A stretch of 54,130 nt of DNA from Betaproteobacteria bacterium (GCA_011391275.1 JAABQW010000111.1:1-54130); one strand, 5' to 3'; counted from the first letter of the stretch, positions 1-8,204 are shown. The notes: generated by a model from the sequence alone, not told the origin. Numbers and translations are program-made.

Positions 1-1
1 G

Positions 2-217
2 GCATTCTCGAACAAGGAGCGCGACATCGCGGTGGCCTCGAAGCACCTCTGCCCCGACATGCTCGCGCGGGAGCTGGAAAAGATGCGGGCCCGGCCCGAG
101 GTGTTCATCACGCACCTCAAGCCGGGCGAAGGAGCCCTCACCATGAAGGAGGTCTCCGCGGTGGCGGGGCGGTGGCAGCCGCGGATGCTCGAGAACAACC
201 AGGAGTTCACGCTCTAG
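2..217 (+). CDS. 3' end of a class-II 3',5'-cyclic-nucleotide phosphodiesterase-like (MBL-fold) gene; 5' end lies outside the window
   Basis: The reading frame is open from the window edge (AFSNKERDIAVASKHL...). The C-terminal motif EVFITHLKPGE resembles the conserved tail of class-II cAMP phosphodiesterases. This is motif-level recognition only. Confidence 0.5.
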   Translation, partial: AFSNKERDIAVASKHLCPDMLARELEKMRARPEVFITHLKPGEGALTMKEVSAVAGRWQPRMLENNQEFTL

Positions 218-276
218 CGAAAGCGGGGCGTGAACCATGCCAACAGGCAGCATTCACAGGAACGGCAGGTGCACAC

Positions 277-2670
277 ATGAGCGCAGTCCTCGAACCCAAG
301 GCGTCCCAGGGCACGGGCGGCGCGGCCGACGTCGCCGTCAAGCTCGCCTTCTCGAAGAAGATCCAGGCGGTCACCAACCGCATCCACTCCACGAACAACG
401 TGGACGAGATCATCCTCGAGGTCTCGCGCGACATCTGCCAGCTGTTCGAGGCCGACCGGATGACCATCTACACGATGAGCGAGGACGCGCAGTCCATCGT
501 GTCCAAGGTGAAGACGGGCCTCAACTCCTTCAAGGACATCAAGCTGCCGATCTCGGAGTCGTCGCTTGCCGGCTTCTGCGCGCTGCACAAGCGGCACATG
601 AACATCAGGGACGTCTACGACGACGCGGAACTCAAGCAGTTCTCGCCGAACCTCGCCTTCCTGAAGGCCGTGGACCAGCGCACCGGCTACCGCTCCAAGC
701 AGATGCTCATCGCGCCGATCCTGGGCGGCGACTCGGGAACCGAGCTCATGGGGGTGCTGCAGCTCATCAACAACCTGTCGGGGCAGCCCTTCAGCTCGCT
801 GCACGACGAGGGCGTGATCGAGCTCGCGAAGACGCTCGCGATCGCCTTCCGCGTGCGCCAGCAGATGCCGGGGCAGATCGCCTCGAAGTTCGAGTACCTC
901 GTCATCGACAGCATCATCCAGGCCGGCGAGCTGGACCTCGCCACCAAGGCCGCGCGCCGCAAGAACAAGACCGTCGAGGACATCCTCATCGACGAGTTCC
1001 AGGTGAAGAAGGAGGCCATCGGGGACGCGCTCGCCAAGTTCTTCGGCGTCGAGTACGAGCCGCACAAGGCCGACCGCATCAAGCCGATAGACCTGCTGAA
1101 GAACCTGAAGCGCGAGTACTGCGTGGCGAGCCAGTGGATTCCGCTGGAGGACACCAAGCAGGGCATCCTGGTGATGGCCACCGACCCGGAGCGCGTGCGC
1201 AACTCGCGCATGGTCGACAACGTCTTCCCGCGCGCCAAGATCGTCTACAAGGTGACCACGTCGAAGGATTTCGAGCAGGCGCTCACGCTCTTCTTCGGCG
1301 GGGCGGCCGAGATCGGCGGCGGGAGCGGGGAGTCGATCGGCGACCTCCTCTCCAGCCTGGACGACGAGGAGGAGCCCGGCTCCATCGGCGCGGACGACGT
1401 CTCCGCCGCGGCCGACAACGAGCTGGTGAAGCTGGTCAACAAGATCATCGTCGACGCCTACAACCAGGGCGCGTCCGACATCCACGTCGAGCCGCTGCCG
1501 GGCAAGGGCAAGACGGGCGTGCGCTTCCGCAAGGACGGGTCGCTCTCCAACTACATCGAGGTCCCGGCCTCCTACCGCCAGGCGCTCGTCACGCGCCTGA
1601 AGATCATGTGCGACCTGGACATCTCGGAGAAGAGGCGGCCCCAGGACGGCAAGATCAAGTTCAAGAAGTTCGGCCCGCTCGACATCGAACTGCGCGTGGC
1701 GACGATCCCGACCGCCGGCGGCGTCGAGGACGTGGTGATGCGCATCCTCGCCGCCGGCGAGCCCATCCCGCTCGACAAGCTGGGCGTGCTGCCGCAGAAC
1801 CTCGAAACCCTCAAGAAGTGCGTCTCCAAGCCCTACGGCCTCTTCTTCGTGTGCGGCCCGACGGGCTCCGGCAAGACGACGACGCTGCACTCGGTGCTGG
1901 GCTTCCTCAACACCGTGGACACCAAGATCTGGACGGCGGAGGACCCGGTCGAAATCACGCAGAAGGGCCTGCGCCAGTGCCAGGTGAACCCCAAGGCGGG
2001 GTTCACCTTCGCCACGGCCATGAAGGCGTTCCTGCGGGCGGACCCCGACATCATCATGGTGGGGGAAATGCGCGACAAGGACACCACCGCGATCGGCATC
2101 GAGGCTTCCCTCACGGGCCACCTCGTGTTCGCGACCCTGCACACGAACAGCGCGCCGGAGTCGATCATCCGCCTGCTCGACATGGGCATGGACCCCTTCA
2201 ACTTCGCCGACGCCCTGCTGGGCATCCTCGCGCAGCGCCTGGCCAAGCGGCTGTGCAAGTGCAAGGAGACCTACACGCCCACCCCCGACGAGCTCAAGCA
2301 CTTCATCACGGAGTACTGCGAGGAGCTGCGCAACACCGAGGAGTTCAAGAAGGACCCGAACGCCGGCTTCAAGGGCGTCTTCGACCGCTTCCAGAAGGAC
2401 TACGGCTTCGGCAAGCCCGACTTCGCGATGTACAAGGCCAAGGGCTGCGACATCTGCGGGGGTTCGGGCTACAAGGGCCGGGTCGGCCTGCACGAGCTCA
2501 TGGTCGGCACCGACCCCGTGAAGAAGATGATCCAGGAGCACGCGCGGGTCGCGCAGCTCTTCTCGCAGGCGCTCTCCGACGGCATGCTCACCCTGAAGAT
2601 GGACGGCATGGAAAAGGTCCTGCAGGGCGTCACCGACATGAAACAGGTGCGCGCGGTCTGCATCAAATGA
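277..2670 (+). CDS. GAF domain-containing PilB/GspE-family secretion/type IV pilus ATPase
   Basis: ATG at 277 (the track ORF starts at an upstream GTG at 172). N-terminal GAF (…RTGYRSKQMLIAPI…MGVLQLINN) and a central T2SSE_N-like region. Walker A is VCGPTGSGKTT, Walker B/Asp box is DPDIIMVGEMRD, and the His box is TGHLVFATLHTN. Tetracysteine motif CKC…CDIC. Confidence 0.88.
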   Translation: MSAVLEPKASQGTGGAADVAVKLAFSKKIQAVTNRIHSTNNVDEIILEVSRDICQLFEADRMTIYTMSEDAQSIVSKVKTGLNSFKDIKLPISESSLAGFCALHKRHMNIRDVYDDAELKQFSPNLAFLKAVDQRTGYRSKQMLIAPILGGDSGTELMGVLQLINNLSGQPFSSLHDEGVIELAKTLAIAFRVRQQMPGQIASKFEYLVIDSIIQAGELDLATKAARRKNKTVEDILIDEFQVKKEAIGDALAKFFGVEYEPHKADRIKPIDLLKNLKREYCVASQWIPLEDTKQGILVMATDPERVRNSRMVDNVFPRAKIVYKVTTSKDFEQALTLFFGGAAEIGGGSGESIGDLLSSLDDEEEPGSIGADDVSAAADNELVKLVNKIIVDAYNQGASDIHVEPLPGKGKTGVRFRKDGSLSNYIEVPASYRQALVTRLKIMCDLDISEKRRPQDGKIKFKKFGPLDIELRVATIPTAGGVEDVVMRILAAGEPIPLDKLGVLPQNLETLKKCVSKPYGLFFVCGPTGSGKTTTLHSVLGFLNTVDTKIWTAEDPVEITQKGLRQCQVNPKAGFTFATAMKAFLRADPDIIMVGEMRDKDTTAIGIEASLTGHLVFATLHTNSAPESIIRLLDMGMDPFNFADALLGILAQRLAKRLCKCKETYTPTPDELKHFITEYCEELRNTEEFKKDPNAGFKGVFDRFQKDYGFGKPDFAMYKAKGCDICGGSGYKGRVGLHELMVGTDPVKKMIQEHARVAQLFSQALSDGMLTLKMDGMEKVLQGVTDMKQVRAVCIK

Positions 2671-4352
2671 CCCAGGAGGCCCGGCTCGCGCGAGTGGACT
2701 CGCCGGCGCCGAGGCTGGCGGACCTGCAGCACTCGCTCGAGACGCACGTCCTCTCGAAGCTCGAGTACCTCAACGCGATCGGCATCGCCCTCTCCCAGGA
2801 GCGCGACACCGACCGCCTCCTGGAGACGATCCTCGTCGCCGCGAAGAACCTCACGCGCGCCGACGGCGGGACGCTCTACCGGCTGATGGACGACAAGCTG
2901 CACTTCGAGATCATGAAGAACGACAGCCTCGCGATCTCGATGGGGGGCACCTCGGGCAACGCGATCCCGTTCTACCCCATTCCGCTGCACGACCGGGACG
3001 GCAACCCCAACCTCACGATGATCGCGGCCTACGTCGCGATCAACGACCGGACAGTCAACATCGCCGACGCGTACACGGAGGAGGGCTTCGACTTCTCCGG
3101 CACGCGCAACTTCGACAAGCGCACCGGCTACCGCTCGACCTCGTTCCTCACCGTGCCGATGAAGAACCACGAGGGGGAGATCATCGGGGTGCTGCAGCTG
3201 CTCAACGCCGTCGACGCGTCGTCGGGCGGGGTCACGGTGTTCAGCGACGAGGACCGGCGCCTGGCCGAGTCGCTCGCCTCGCAGGCCGCGATCGCGCTCA
3301 CCAACCGCCTCCTGATCCAGCAGCTCGAGGTCCTCTTCGAGTCCCTGATCGAACTCATCAACACCGCGATCGACGACAAGAGCCCCTATACCGGCGGGCA
3401 CTGCAAGCGGGTGCCCACGCTCACGATGATGCTCGCCGAGGCGGCCAACGCCACGGGCGAGGGACCGCTCGCATCCTTCCGCATGACGGACAAGGACCGC
3501 TACGAGCTCAAGATCGCCGGCCTCCTGCACGACTGCGGCAAGATCACCACGCCCGTGCACGTGGTGGACAAGGCGACCAAGCTGCAGACGATCTACGACC
3601 GCATCAACCTCCTGGACACGCGCTTCGAGGCGCTCAAGCGCGAGGCCGAGATCGCGATGCTCAAGGGCGTGCTCGCGGCCCGCGGGGCGGGGGACGCCTC
3701 CTCCGAGCAGCGCGCGCGCGAGGACTTCGCGGCGAGGATCCGGCAGTACGACGACGACCGCGAGTTCCTGCGCCGCACCAACATCGGCGGCGAGCGCATG
3801 AGCCCGGAAGACCAGGCGAGGGTCACGCGCATCGCGCAGTACACCTGGACCGGGCCGGGGGGGGCGCCGGAGCGCTTCCTCACCCGCGACGAGGAGGCCA
3901 ACCTCAACATCCCCTACGGGACCCTCACCGCCCAGGAGCGCGAGGTCATCAACCACCACATCGTGGCCACCATCAAGATGCTCGAGGCCCTGCCGTGGCC
4001 GAAGCACCTCCTCAACGTGCCGGAGTACGCCGGCGGCCACCACGAGCGCATGGACGGCAAGGGCTACCCGCGCGGCCTCACGCGCGCGCAGATGAGCGTG
4101 CAGGCCCGCATCATGGGCATCGCCGACATCTTCGAGGCCCTCACCGCCAAGGACCGCCCCTACAAGCCGGGCAAGACCCTCTCGGAGTCGCTGCACATCC
4201 TCGGCAAGTTCAAGGAGAACGGGCACATCGACCCGGATCTCTTCGACATCTTCGTCAGGGATCGGGTGTACCTGCGCTACGCGCGGGAGTTCCTCGACCC
4301 GGAGCAGATCGACGAGGTGGATCCTTCCCGGATTCCCGGATTCCCGAAATAG
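2667..4352 (+). CDS. GAF domain-containing HD-GYP c-di-GMP phosphodiesterase
   Basis: ATG at 2667 overlaps the upstream TGA (ATGA). GAF (…KRTGYRSTSFLTVPM…IGVLQLLNA) is followed by LLHDCGKITTP (HD) and GGHHERMDGKGYPRGL (HD-GYP signature). Confidence 0.88.
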   Translation: MTQEARLARVDSPAPRLADLQHSLETHVLSKLEYLNAIGIALSQERDTDRLLETILVAAKNLTRADGGTLYRLMDDKLHFEIMKNDSLAISMGGTSGNAIPFYPIPLHDRDGNPNLTMIAAYVAINDRTVNIADAYTEEGFDFSGTRNFDKRTGYRSTSFLTVPMKNHEGEIIGVLQLLNAVDASSGGVTVFSDEDRRLAESLASQAAIALTNRLLIQQLEVLFESLIELINTAIDDKSPYTGGHCKRVPTLTMMLAEAANATGEGPLASFRMTDKDRYELKIAGLLHDCGKITTPVHVVDKATKLQTIYDRINLLDTRFEALKREAEIAMLKGVLAARGAGDASSEQRAREDFAARIRQYDDDREFLRRTNIGGERMSPEDQARVTRIAQYTWTGPGGAPERFLTRDEEANLNIPYGTLTAQEREVINHHIVATIKMLEALPWPKHLLNVPEYAGGHHERMDGKGYPRGLTRAQMSVQARIMGIADIFEALTAKDRPYKPGKTLSESLHILGKFKENGHIDPDLFDIFVRDRVYLRYAREFLDPEQIDEVDPSRIPGFPK

Positions 4353-4355
4353 CGC

Positions 4356-4371
4356 CGGCACGGAACTTGCG
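4356..4371 (+). promoter_or_regulatory. Candidate sigma-54 (-24/-12) promoter for the first membrane/SpeE-like fusion gene
   Basis: CGGCAC-GGAAC-TTGCG has GG-N10-GC spacing and matches consensus TGGCAC-N5-TTGCW at GGCAC and TTGC. The -12 GC lies about 40 nt upstream of the ATG at 4411. Confidence 0.6.
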
Positions 4372-4410
4372 TTCGCGCAGGCCTCCGGCCATTTCCAGCC
4401 TCGCTCCCCC

Positions 4411-7389
4411 ATGACCACACGCGTCCCCGTAGGCGTCTTCTTCGCGCTGTTCACCGTTTCCGGATTCGCCGGGCTCATCTACGAGTCCATCTGGAGCCAC
4501 TACCTCAAGCTCTTCCTCGGCCACGCGGCCTACGCGCAGACGCTGGTGCTGGCGATCTTCATGGGCGGCATGGCCCTGGGGTCGTGGCTCGTCTCGCGCT
4601 TCACCGGGCGGATCACGAACCTCCTGCTGGGTTACGCCGTGGCGGAGCTGGGCATCGGGCTCCTCGCGATTTCCTTCCACGCGATCTTCAGCGCGGTCAC
4701 GGGCTGGGCGCTCGGCACGGTCTTCCCCTCGCTGGGCGGCACCGGGATGGTGGACGTGGTCAAGTGGACGATCGCCTCGGCGCTCATCCTCCCGGCCTCG
4801 GTGCTCCTCGGAACCACGTTCCCGCTGATGAGCGCGGGCGTCATCCGCCTCTTCCCCGACACCGGCGGCCGGTCGCTGTCGATGCTGTACTTCACCAACA
4901 GCCTGGGGGCCGCCATCGGCGTGCTCGCGAGCGGCTTCGTCCTGATCGCGCACGCGGGGCTGCCCGGCACGATCCTCGCGGCGGGGATCCTGAACATCCT
5001 CCTCGCCATCGTCGTCTGGTTCCTGGCCAAGGGCATCCCGGTCGCGAGCACCGCGCAGGACGCCGGCGAGGCCGGCGGGGCGGGGGGGCGGGGGGTCGCG
5101 CTCGGCCGCACGATCCTGGCGCTCGCCTTCGCCACCGGCGCCGCCTCGTTCGTCTACGAGATCACCTGGATCCGCATGCTCAGCACCGGGCTGGGCGCCT
5201 CCACGCACGCATTCGAGGTCATGCTCTCGGCCTTCATCCTCGGGATGTCGCTGGGCGCCTTCGCCCTGCGCCGCCGCATCGAGCGCATCGACAACGACAT
5301 CGCCTGGATCGCCGGCGTGGTGCTCGCGAAGGCGGTCTTCGCCGTCTACGCGGTCTGGGTGTACGACGACGTGCTGGAGTTCGTGCGCTGGGTGATGGCG
5401 GCGACGGGGCGGACCGCCGAGGGCTACGTGGTCTACAACGTCGCCGGGATGGTGGCCTCGATGGTGGTGATGCTCCCGACGGCCTTCTGCGCGGGCATGA
5501 CGCTGCCGCTCGCCACGCGCGCGCTCACGCGCCGCGGCTTCGGGGAGGCCTCCATCGGCCGCGTCTACTCCGCCAACACCGCGGGCTGCATCTTCGGCGC
5601 GGTCTTCGCGACCCACGTCGGGATGGAGCTGCTGGGCGTGAAGAACCTGACCGGCCTGGGCGCCGTGTTCGACGTGGCCGTCGCACTCGCGATCCTCGCG
5701 GTCGGGATCGGGGCCCCCCGGCGGCTTCGCGCGCTGGCCGCGGGCTCCGCGGTGGCGGTGCTCTGCGCCGCGGGGTTCGCCACCATCGAGCTCGACTTCC
5801 TGCGCATGGGCTCGGGCGTCTTCCGCTACGGGGCGTTCGCGGACCCCGGCAAGGAAAAGGTGATCTTCTACCGCGACGGCAAGACGGCCTCGATCGCCGT
5901 GATCGAGCACGGGGTCAGCAAGCGCAGCATCCGCACCAACGGCAAGACCGACGCGGCGCTCTCGATGCGGCAAGGGTCGCGCCCGGGGCCGGACGAGGAG
6001 ACGATGCTGCTCGCCGGCGCGCTGCCGCTGGCGCTGCGCCCCGACGCGACGCTGGTCGCCAACATCGGGTTCGGCTCCGGCCTCACGACGCACGCGCTGC
6101 TGGGCAGCCCGCGCGTGCGCGAGGTCGACTCGATCGAGATCGAGCGCATGATGGTGGAGGGCGCGCGGCTCTTCGAGCACCGCAACCGCCGCGCCTACGA
6201 GGACCCGCGAAGCCGCATCCACATCGACGACGCGAAGACCTACTTCGCGGCCGCGGGCCGCCGCTACGACGTCATCGTCTCCGAGCCCTCCAACCCGTGG
6301 GTGAGCGGCGTCTCGACGCTCTTTTCCGAGGAGTTCTACGGCGAGGTCCGGCACCACCTCAAGGACGACGGCCTGCTCGTGCAGTGGATCCAGTCGTACG
6401 ACATCAACGTGGACCTGCTCGCCTCCGTCTTCAAGGCGCTCGGCAGCCAGTTCGGCGACTACGCGATCTACCGCGTCGGCATGTCGGACCTCGTCGTGGT
6501 GGCCGGGAAGGGGCCGGCATTGCCGCCCATGTCCGCGCAGGTCTTCGAGCTGCCCGGCATCGCGGCCGACCTCGCCGCCCTGGGCTATCGCGAGCTGGGC
6601 GACCTGGAGGCGCTGCGCATCGCGGGGCGTCGCACCATCGAGCCGCTGTTCGCGAATAGCCCTTATCCCGCCAACTCGGACTACTTCCCCATCCTCGACC
6701 AGCAGGCGCCGCGGGCGCGGTTCAAGGGCGAGAGCGCCGCCGAGCTGCACGCGATGCGCGATGGCCTCGTGCCGATCCTGGCACTCCTGGACGGCGATTC
6801 GAGGACGCCGCTGGCGCGCCTGCACCGCCTGGATGCGGTCTCGCCCACGCGCCTGCAGCTGGCGGCCGCGGGCGCGGAGGCGGTCGGGATCTTCATGGGC
6901 GGCCCGGCGCAGGACGCGTTGCGCCTGGCGCCCCCGGGCAGGGCCGCGGCAATCCTCGCCCGGGAGCTTCTGGCGGGCTGCGCCGGCTCGCAGGTGGAGT
7001 TCGTGGACGCGATGACCGACGTGACAACGCGCTCCTCCCCGTTCCTCGCGCGCGGCGCGGTGAGCGTGTTGTTCGACAAGGCCCGCTCGTCGGCCTGCTG
7101 GGGGTCGCTCGGCGAGGCGGACCGGCTGCGGCTGCAACTCCTGGAAGCGATCAACGACCGCGACGCCGAGAAGATGCGCGCCCACGGCGTGGCGCTCCTC
7201 GCGATCGAGGACCCGCGGCTCGCGCTCACCCAGCGCGGCGCCCTCGTGGCGGCGGTCGCAGGCTGCCTCGCTACCGGGCGGCGCGACGAGGCACGCGCGC
7301 TCTGGATCCGTTACCGGTCGCTCTTTCCCTCGACCGCCTTCGAAAGCGCCACGATCCGGCTGCTGGTGGCCCACATGCTGGCGCGCTGA
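4411..7389 (+). CDS. Fused polytopic-membrane / spermidine-synthase-like protein (paralogue 1), 992 aa
   Basis: The N-terminal ~480 aa is highly hydrophobic with many predicted TM helices (FTVSGFAGLIYESIWSHYLKLFLGHAAYAQTLVL…). The central Rossmann-type SpeE-like core carries IGFGSG … DVIVSEPSNPWVSGVSTLFSEEFY. An Ala/Leu/Arg-rich helical C-terminal ~230 aa follows. Confidence 0.82.
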   Translation: MTTRVPVGVFFALFTVSGFAGLIYESIWSHYLKLFLGHAAYAQTLVLAIFMGGMALGSWLVSRFTGRITNLLLGYAVAELGIGLLAISFHAIFSAVTGWALGTVFPSLGGTGMVDVVKWTIASALILPASVLLGTTFPLMSAGVIRLFPDTGGRSLSMLYFTNSLGAAIGVLASGFVLIAHAGLPGTILAAGILNILLAIVVWFLAKGIPVASTAQDAGEAGGAGGRGVALGRTILALAFATGAASFVYEITWIRMLSTGLGASTHAFEVMLSAFILGMSLGAFALRRRIERIDNDIAWIAGVVLAKAVFAVYAVWVYDDVLEFVRWVMAATGRTAEGYVVYNVAGMVASMVVMLPTAFCAGMTLPLATRALTRRGFGEASIGRVYSANTAGCIFGAVFATHVGMELLGVKNLTGLGAVFDVAVALAILAVGIGAPRRLRALAAGSAVAVLCAAGFATIELDFLRMGSGVFRYGAFADPGKEKVIFYRDGKTASIAVIEHGVSKRSIRTNGKTDAALSMRQGSRPGPDEETMLLAGALPLALRPDATLVANIGFGSGLTTHALLGSPRVREVDSIEIERMMVEGARLFEHRNRRAYEDPRSRIHIDDAKTYFAAAGRRYDVIVSEPSNPWVSGVSTLFSEEFYGEVRHHLKDDGLLVQWIQSYDINVDLLASVFKALGSQFGDYAIYRVGMSDLVVVAGKGPALPPMSAQVFELPGIAADLAALGYRELGDLEALRIAGRRTIEPLFANSPYPANSDYFPILDQQAPRARFKGESAAELHAMRDGLVPILALLDGDSRTPLARLHRLDAVSPTRLQLAAAGAEAVGIFMGGPAQDALRLAPPGRAAAILARELLAGCAGSQVEFVDAMTDVTTRSSPFLARGAVSVLFDKARSSACWGSLGEADRLRLQLLEAINDRDAEKMRAHGVALLAIEDPRLALTQRGALVAAVAGCLATGRRDEARALWIRYRSLFPSTAFESATIRLLVAHMLAR

Positions 7390-7529
7390 CCGGGGCCCCT
7401 GACAATTTGCGTCACTATTGGAACCATTTGAGTCGGGGCCGGATTGGCGGGGCGCGAAGGCCCGGTTCCCGACCGGAACGAGCCCGCGTGTGACATCCGT
7501 AATGATCGTGCAACTTATTGATCGGAAAA

Positions 7530-7551
7530 GGAAATATGCCGGAAATATGCC
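7530..7551 (+). repeat. Tandem direct repeat 2 x GGAAATATGCC upstream of the pilA promoter (possible activator or architectural-protein site)
   Basis: Two exact 11-bp units lie back to back and end 43 bp upstream of the -24 GG, inside an AT-richer 283-bp intergenic region. Confidence 0.4.
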
Positions 7552-7592
7552 GGTTACGGATGTCTTCACTCCCGGTAGGCATTGGGAGCGAA

Positions 7593-7608
7593 TGGCACGG
7601 CAGTTGCA
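7593..7608 (+). promoter_or_regulatory. Sigma-54 (-24/-12) promoter of pilA
   Basis: TGGCAC-GGCAG-TTGCA is a perfect match to TGGCAC-N5-TTGCA and lies 65 nt upstream of the pilA ATG. RpoN/PilR dependence of type IVa pilin genes is well established. Confidence 0.75.
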
Positions 7609-7672
7609 TATAACCCTCCGCACACCGCGGTGTGGTCGAAGGTTCCTTCCAAAACATTCACAGGAGTACCCC

Positions 7673-8140
7673 ATGAAAAAGATCCAACAGGGCTTCACCC
7701 TTATCGAACTGATGATCGTGGTCGCGATCATCGGTATCCTGGCCGCCATCGCCATTCCGGCGTACCAGGACTACATGATCCGCTCGAAAGTGACCGAACT
7801 GATCAACGCCGCCGGCGTCTGCAAGACCTCGGTTGCCGAGTTCTACCAGACCAAGGGCCTGATGCCCGCCACCGCCCTCGAAGCCGGCTGCTCCGACAAG
7901 GGCACGGCCAACTCGATCGCGCCGACCGTCGCCGCGACCGGCATCATCGGCGTTGATTCCGCCGGCACGCCGCTCGGCACGCAGCTGACTGGTGCCGGTT
8001 CCGGCACGCTGTTCGGCTACGCCCCGATGTCCGCGGGCGCGCTCGCCGCCGCCGGTGCCCCGATCGACGCTTGGGACTGCACCGCCGCCAAGGCTGGCAC
8101 GACGATCCTGAACAAGTACCTCCCCGCCTCCTGCCGTTAA
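7673..8140 (+). CDS. pilA: Type IVa major pilin (prepilin), 155 aa
   Basis: MKKIQQG|[27 protein letters not shown] shows a short basic leader, Gly-1/Phe+1/Glu+5, and a hydrophobic alpha1-N helix. C-terminal disulphide loop C…C ([20 protein letters not shown]). RBS CAGGAG lies 7 nt upstream of the ATG. Confidence 0.95.
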   Translation: MKKIQQGFTLIELMIVVAIIGILAAIAIPAYQDYMIRSKVTELINAAGVCKTSVAEFYQTKGLMPATALEAGCSDKGTANSIAPTVAATGIIGVDSAGTPLGTQLTGAGSGTLFGYAPMSAGALAAAGAPIDAWDCTAAKAGTTILNKYLPASCR

Positions 8141-8162
8141 TCCGGCTCAGGCTGGAACTCGC

Positions 8163-8188
8163 GGGCCGCCTTCTGGCGGCCCGTTTTT
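8163..8188 (+). terminator. Rho-independent terminator after pilA
   Basis: GGGCCGCC-ttct-GGCGGCCC is a perfect 8-bp GC stem followed by GTTTTT, 23 nt after the pilA stop. Confidence 0.78.
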
Positions 8189-8204
8189 CATTGGGGGTCA
8201 CCTC

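Noticed and set aside
258-273. Sigma-54-like motif AGGAAC-GGCAG-GTGCA upstream of the GAF-ATPase gene
   Set aside because: The -12 GC lies only 5 nt before the ATG at 277, so the transcript would start inside the coding sequence. The next in-frame Met would truncate the GAF domain.
214-2541. Very long ORFs antisense to or out of frame with the called genes. Examples: 214..2541(-), 237..4352(+) 5' part, 4255..7755(-), 8662..11631(-), 29167..33588(-), 29331..33491(+), 40008..42833(+), 46372..49020(-) 5' part.
   Set aside because: Their translations are Arg/Ala/Gly/Pro-rich low-complexity strings with no recognisable domains. Each overlaps a gene with clear family signatures in another frame. 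Such stop-free shadow frames are the expected artefact of very high GC content.
7434-7484. tRNA-like fragment (GGGGCCG…CCGGTTCCCGACCGG…CGAGCCC) near pilA, where tRNA genes and island attachment sites are often found
   Set aside because: It is only about 51 nt long. The acceptor arms do not pair properly, and the T-loop TTCCCGA deviates from TTCRANY at invariant positions. It is not a tRNA, and I cannot support calling it an att scar.
7418-7672. 85-codon N-terminal extension of the pilA ORF in the track
   Set aside because: A prepilin must start with a short basic leader. The ATG at 7673 has an RBS and gives MKKIQQG|F. The upstream part contains the sigma-54 promoter and the repeats.
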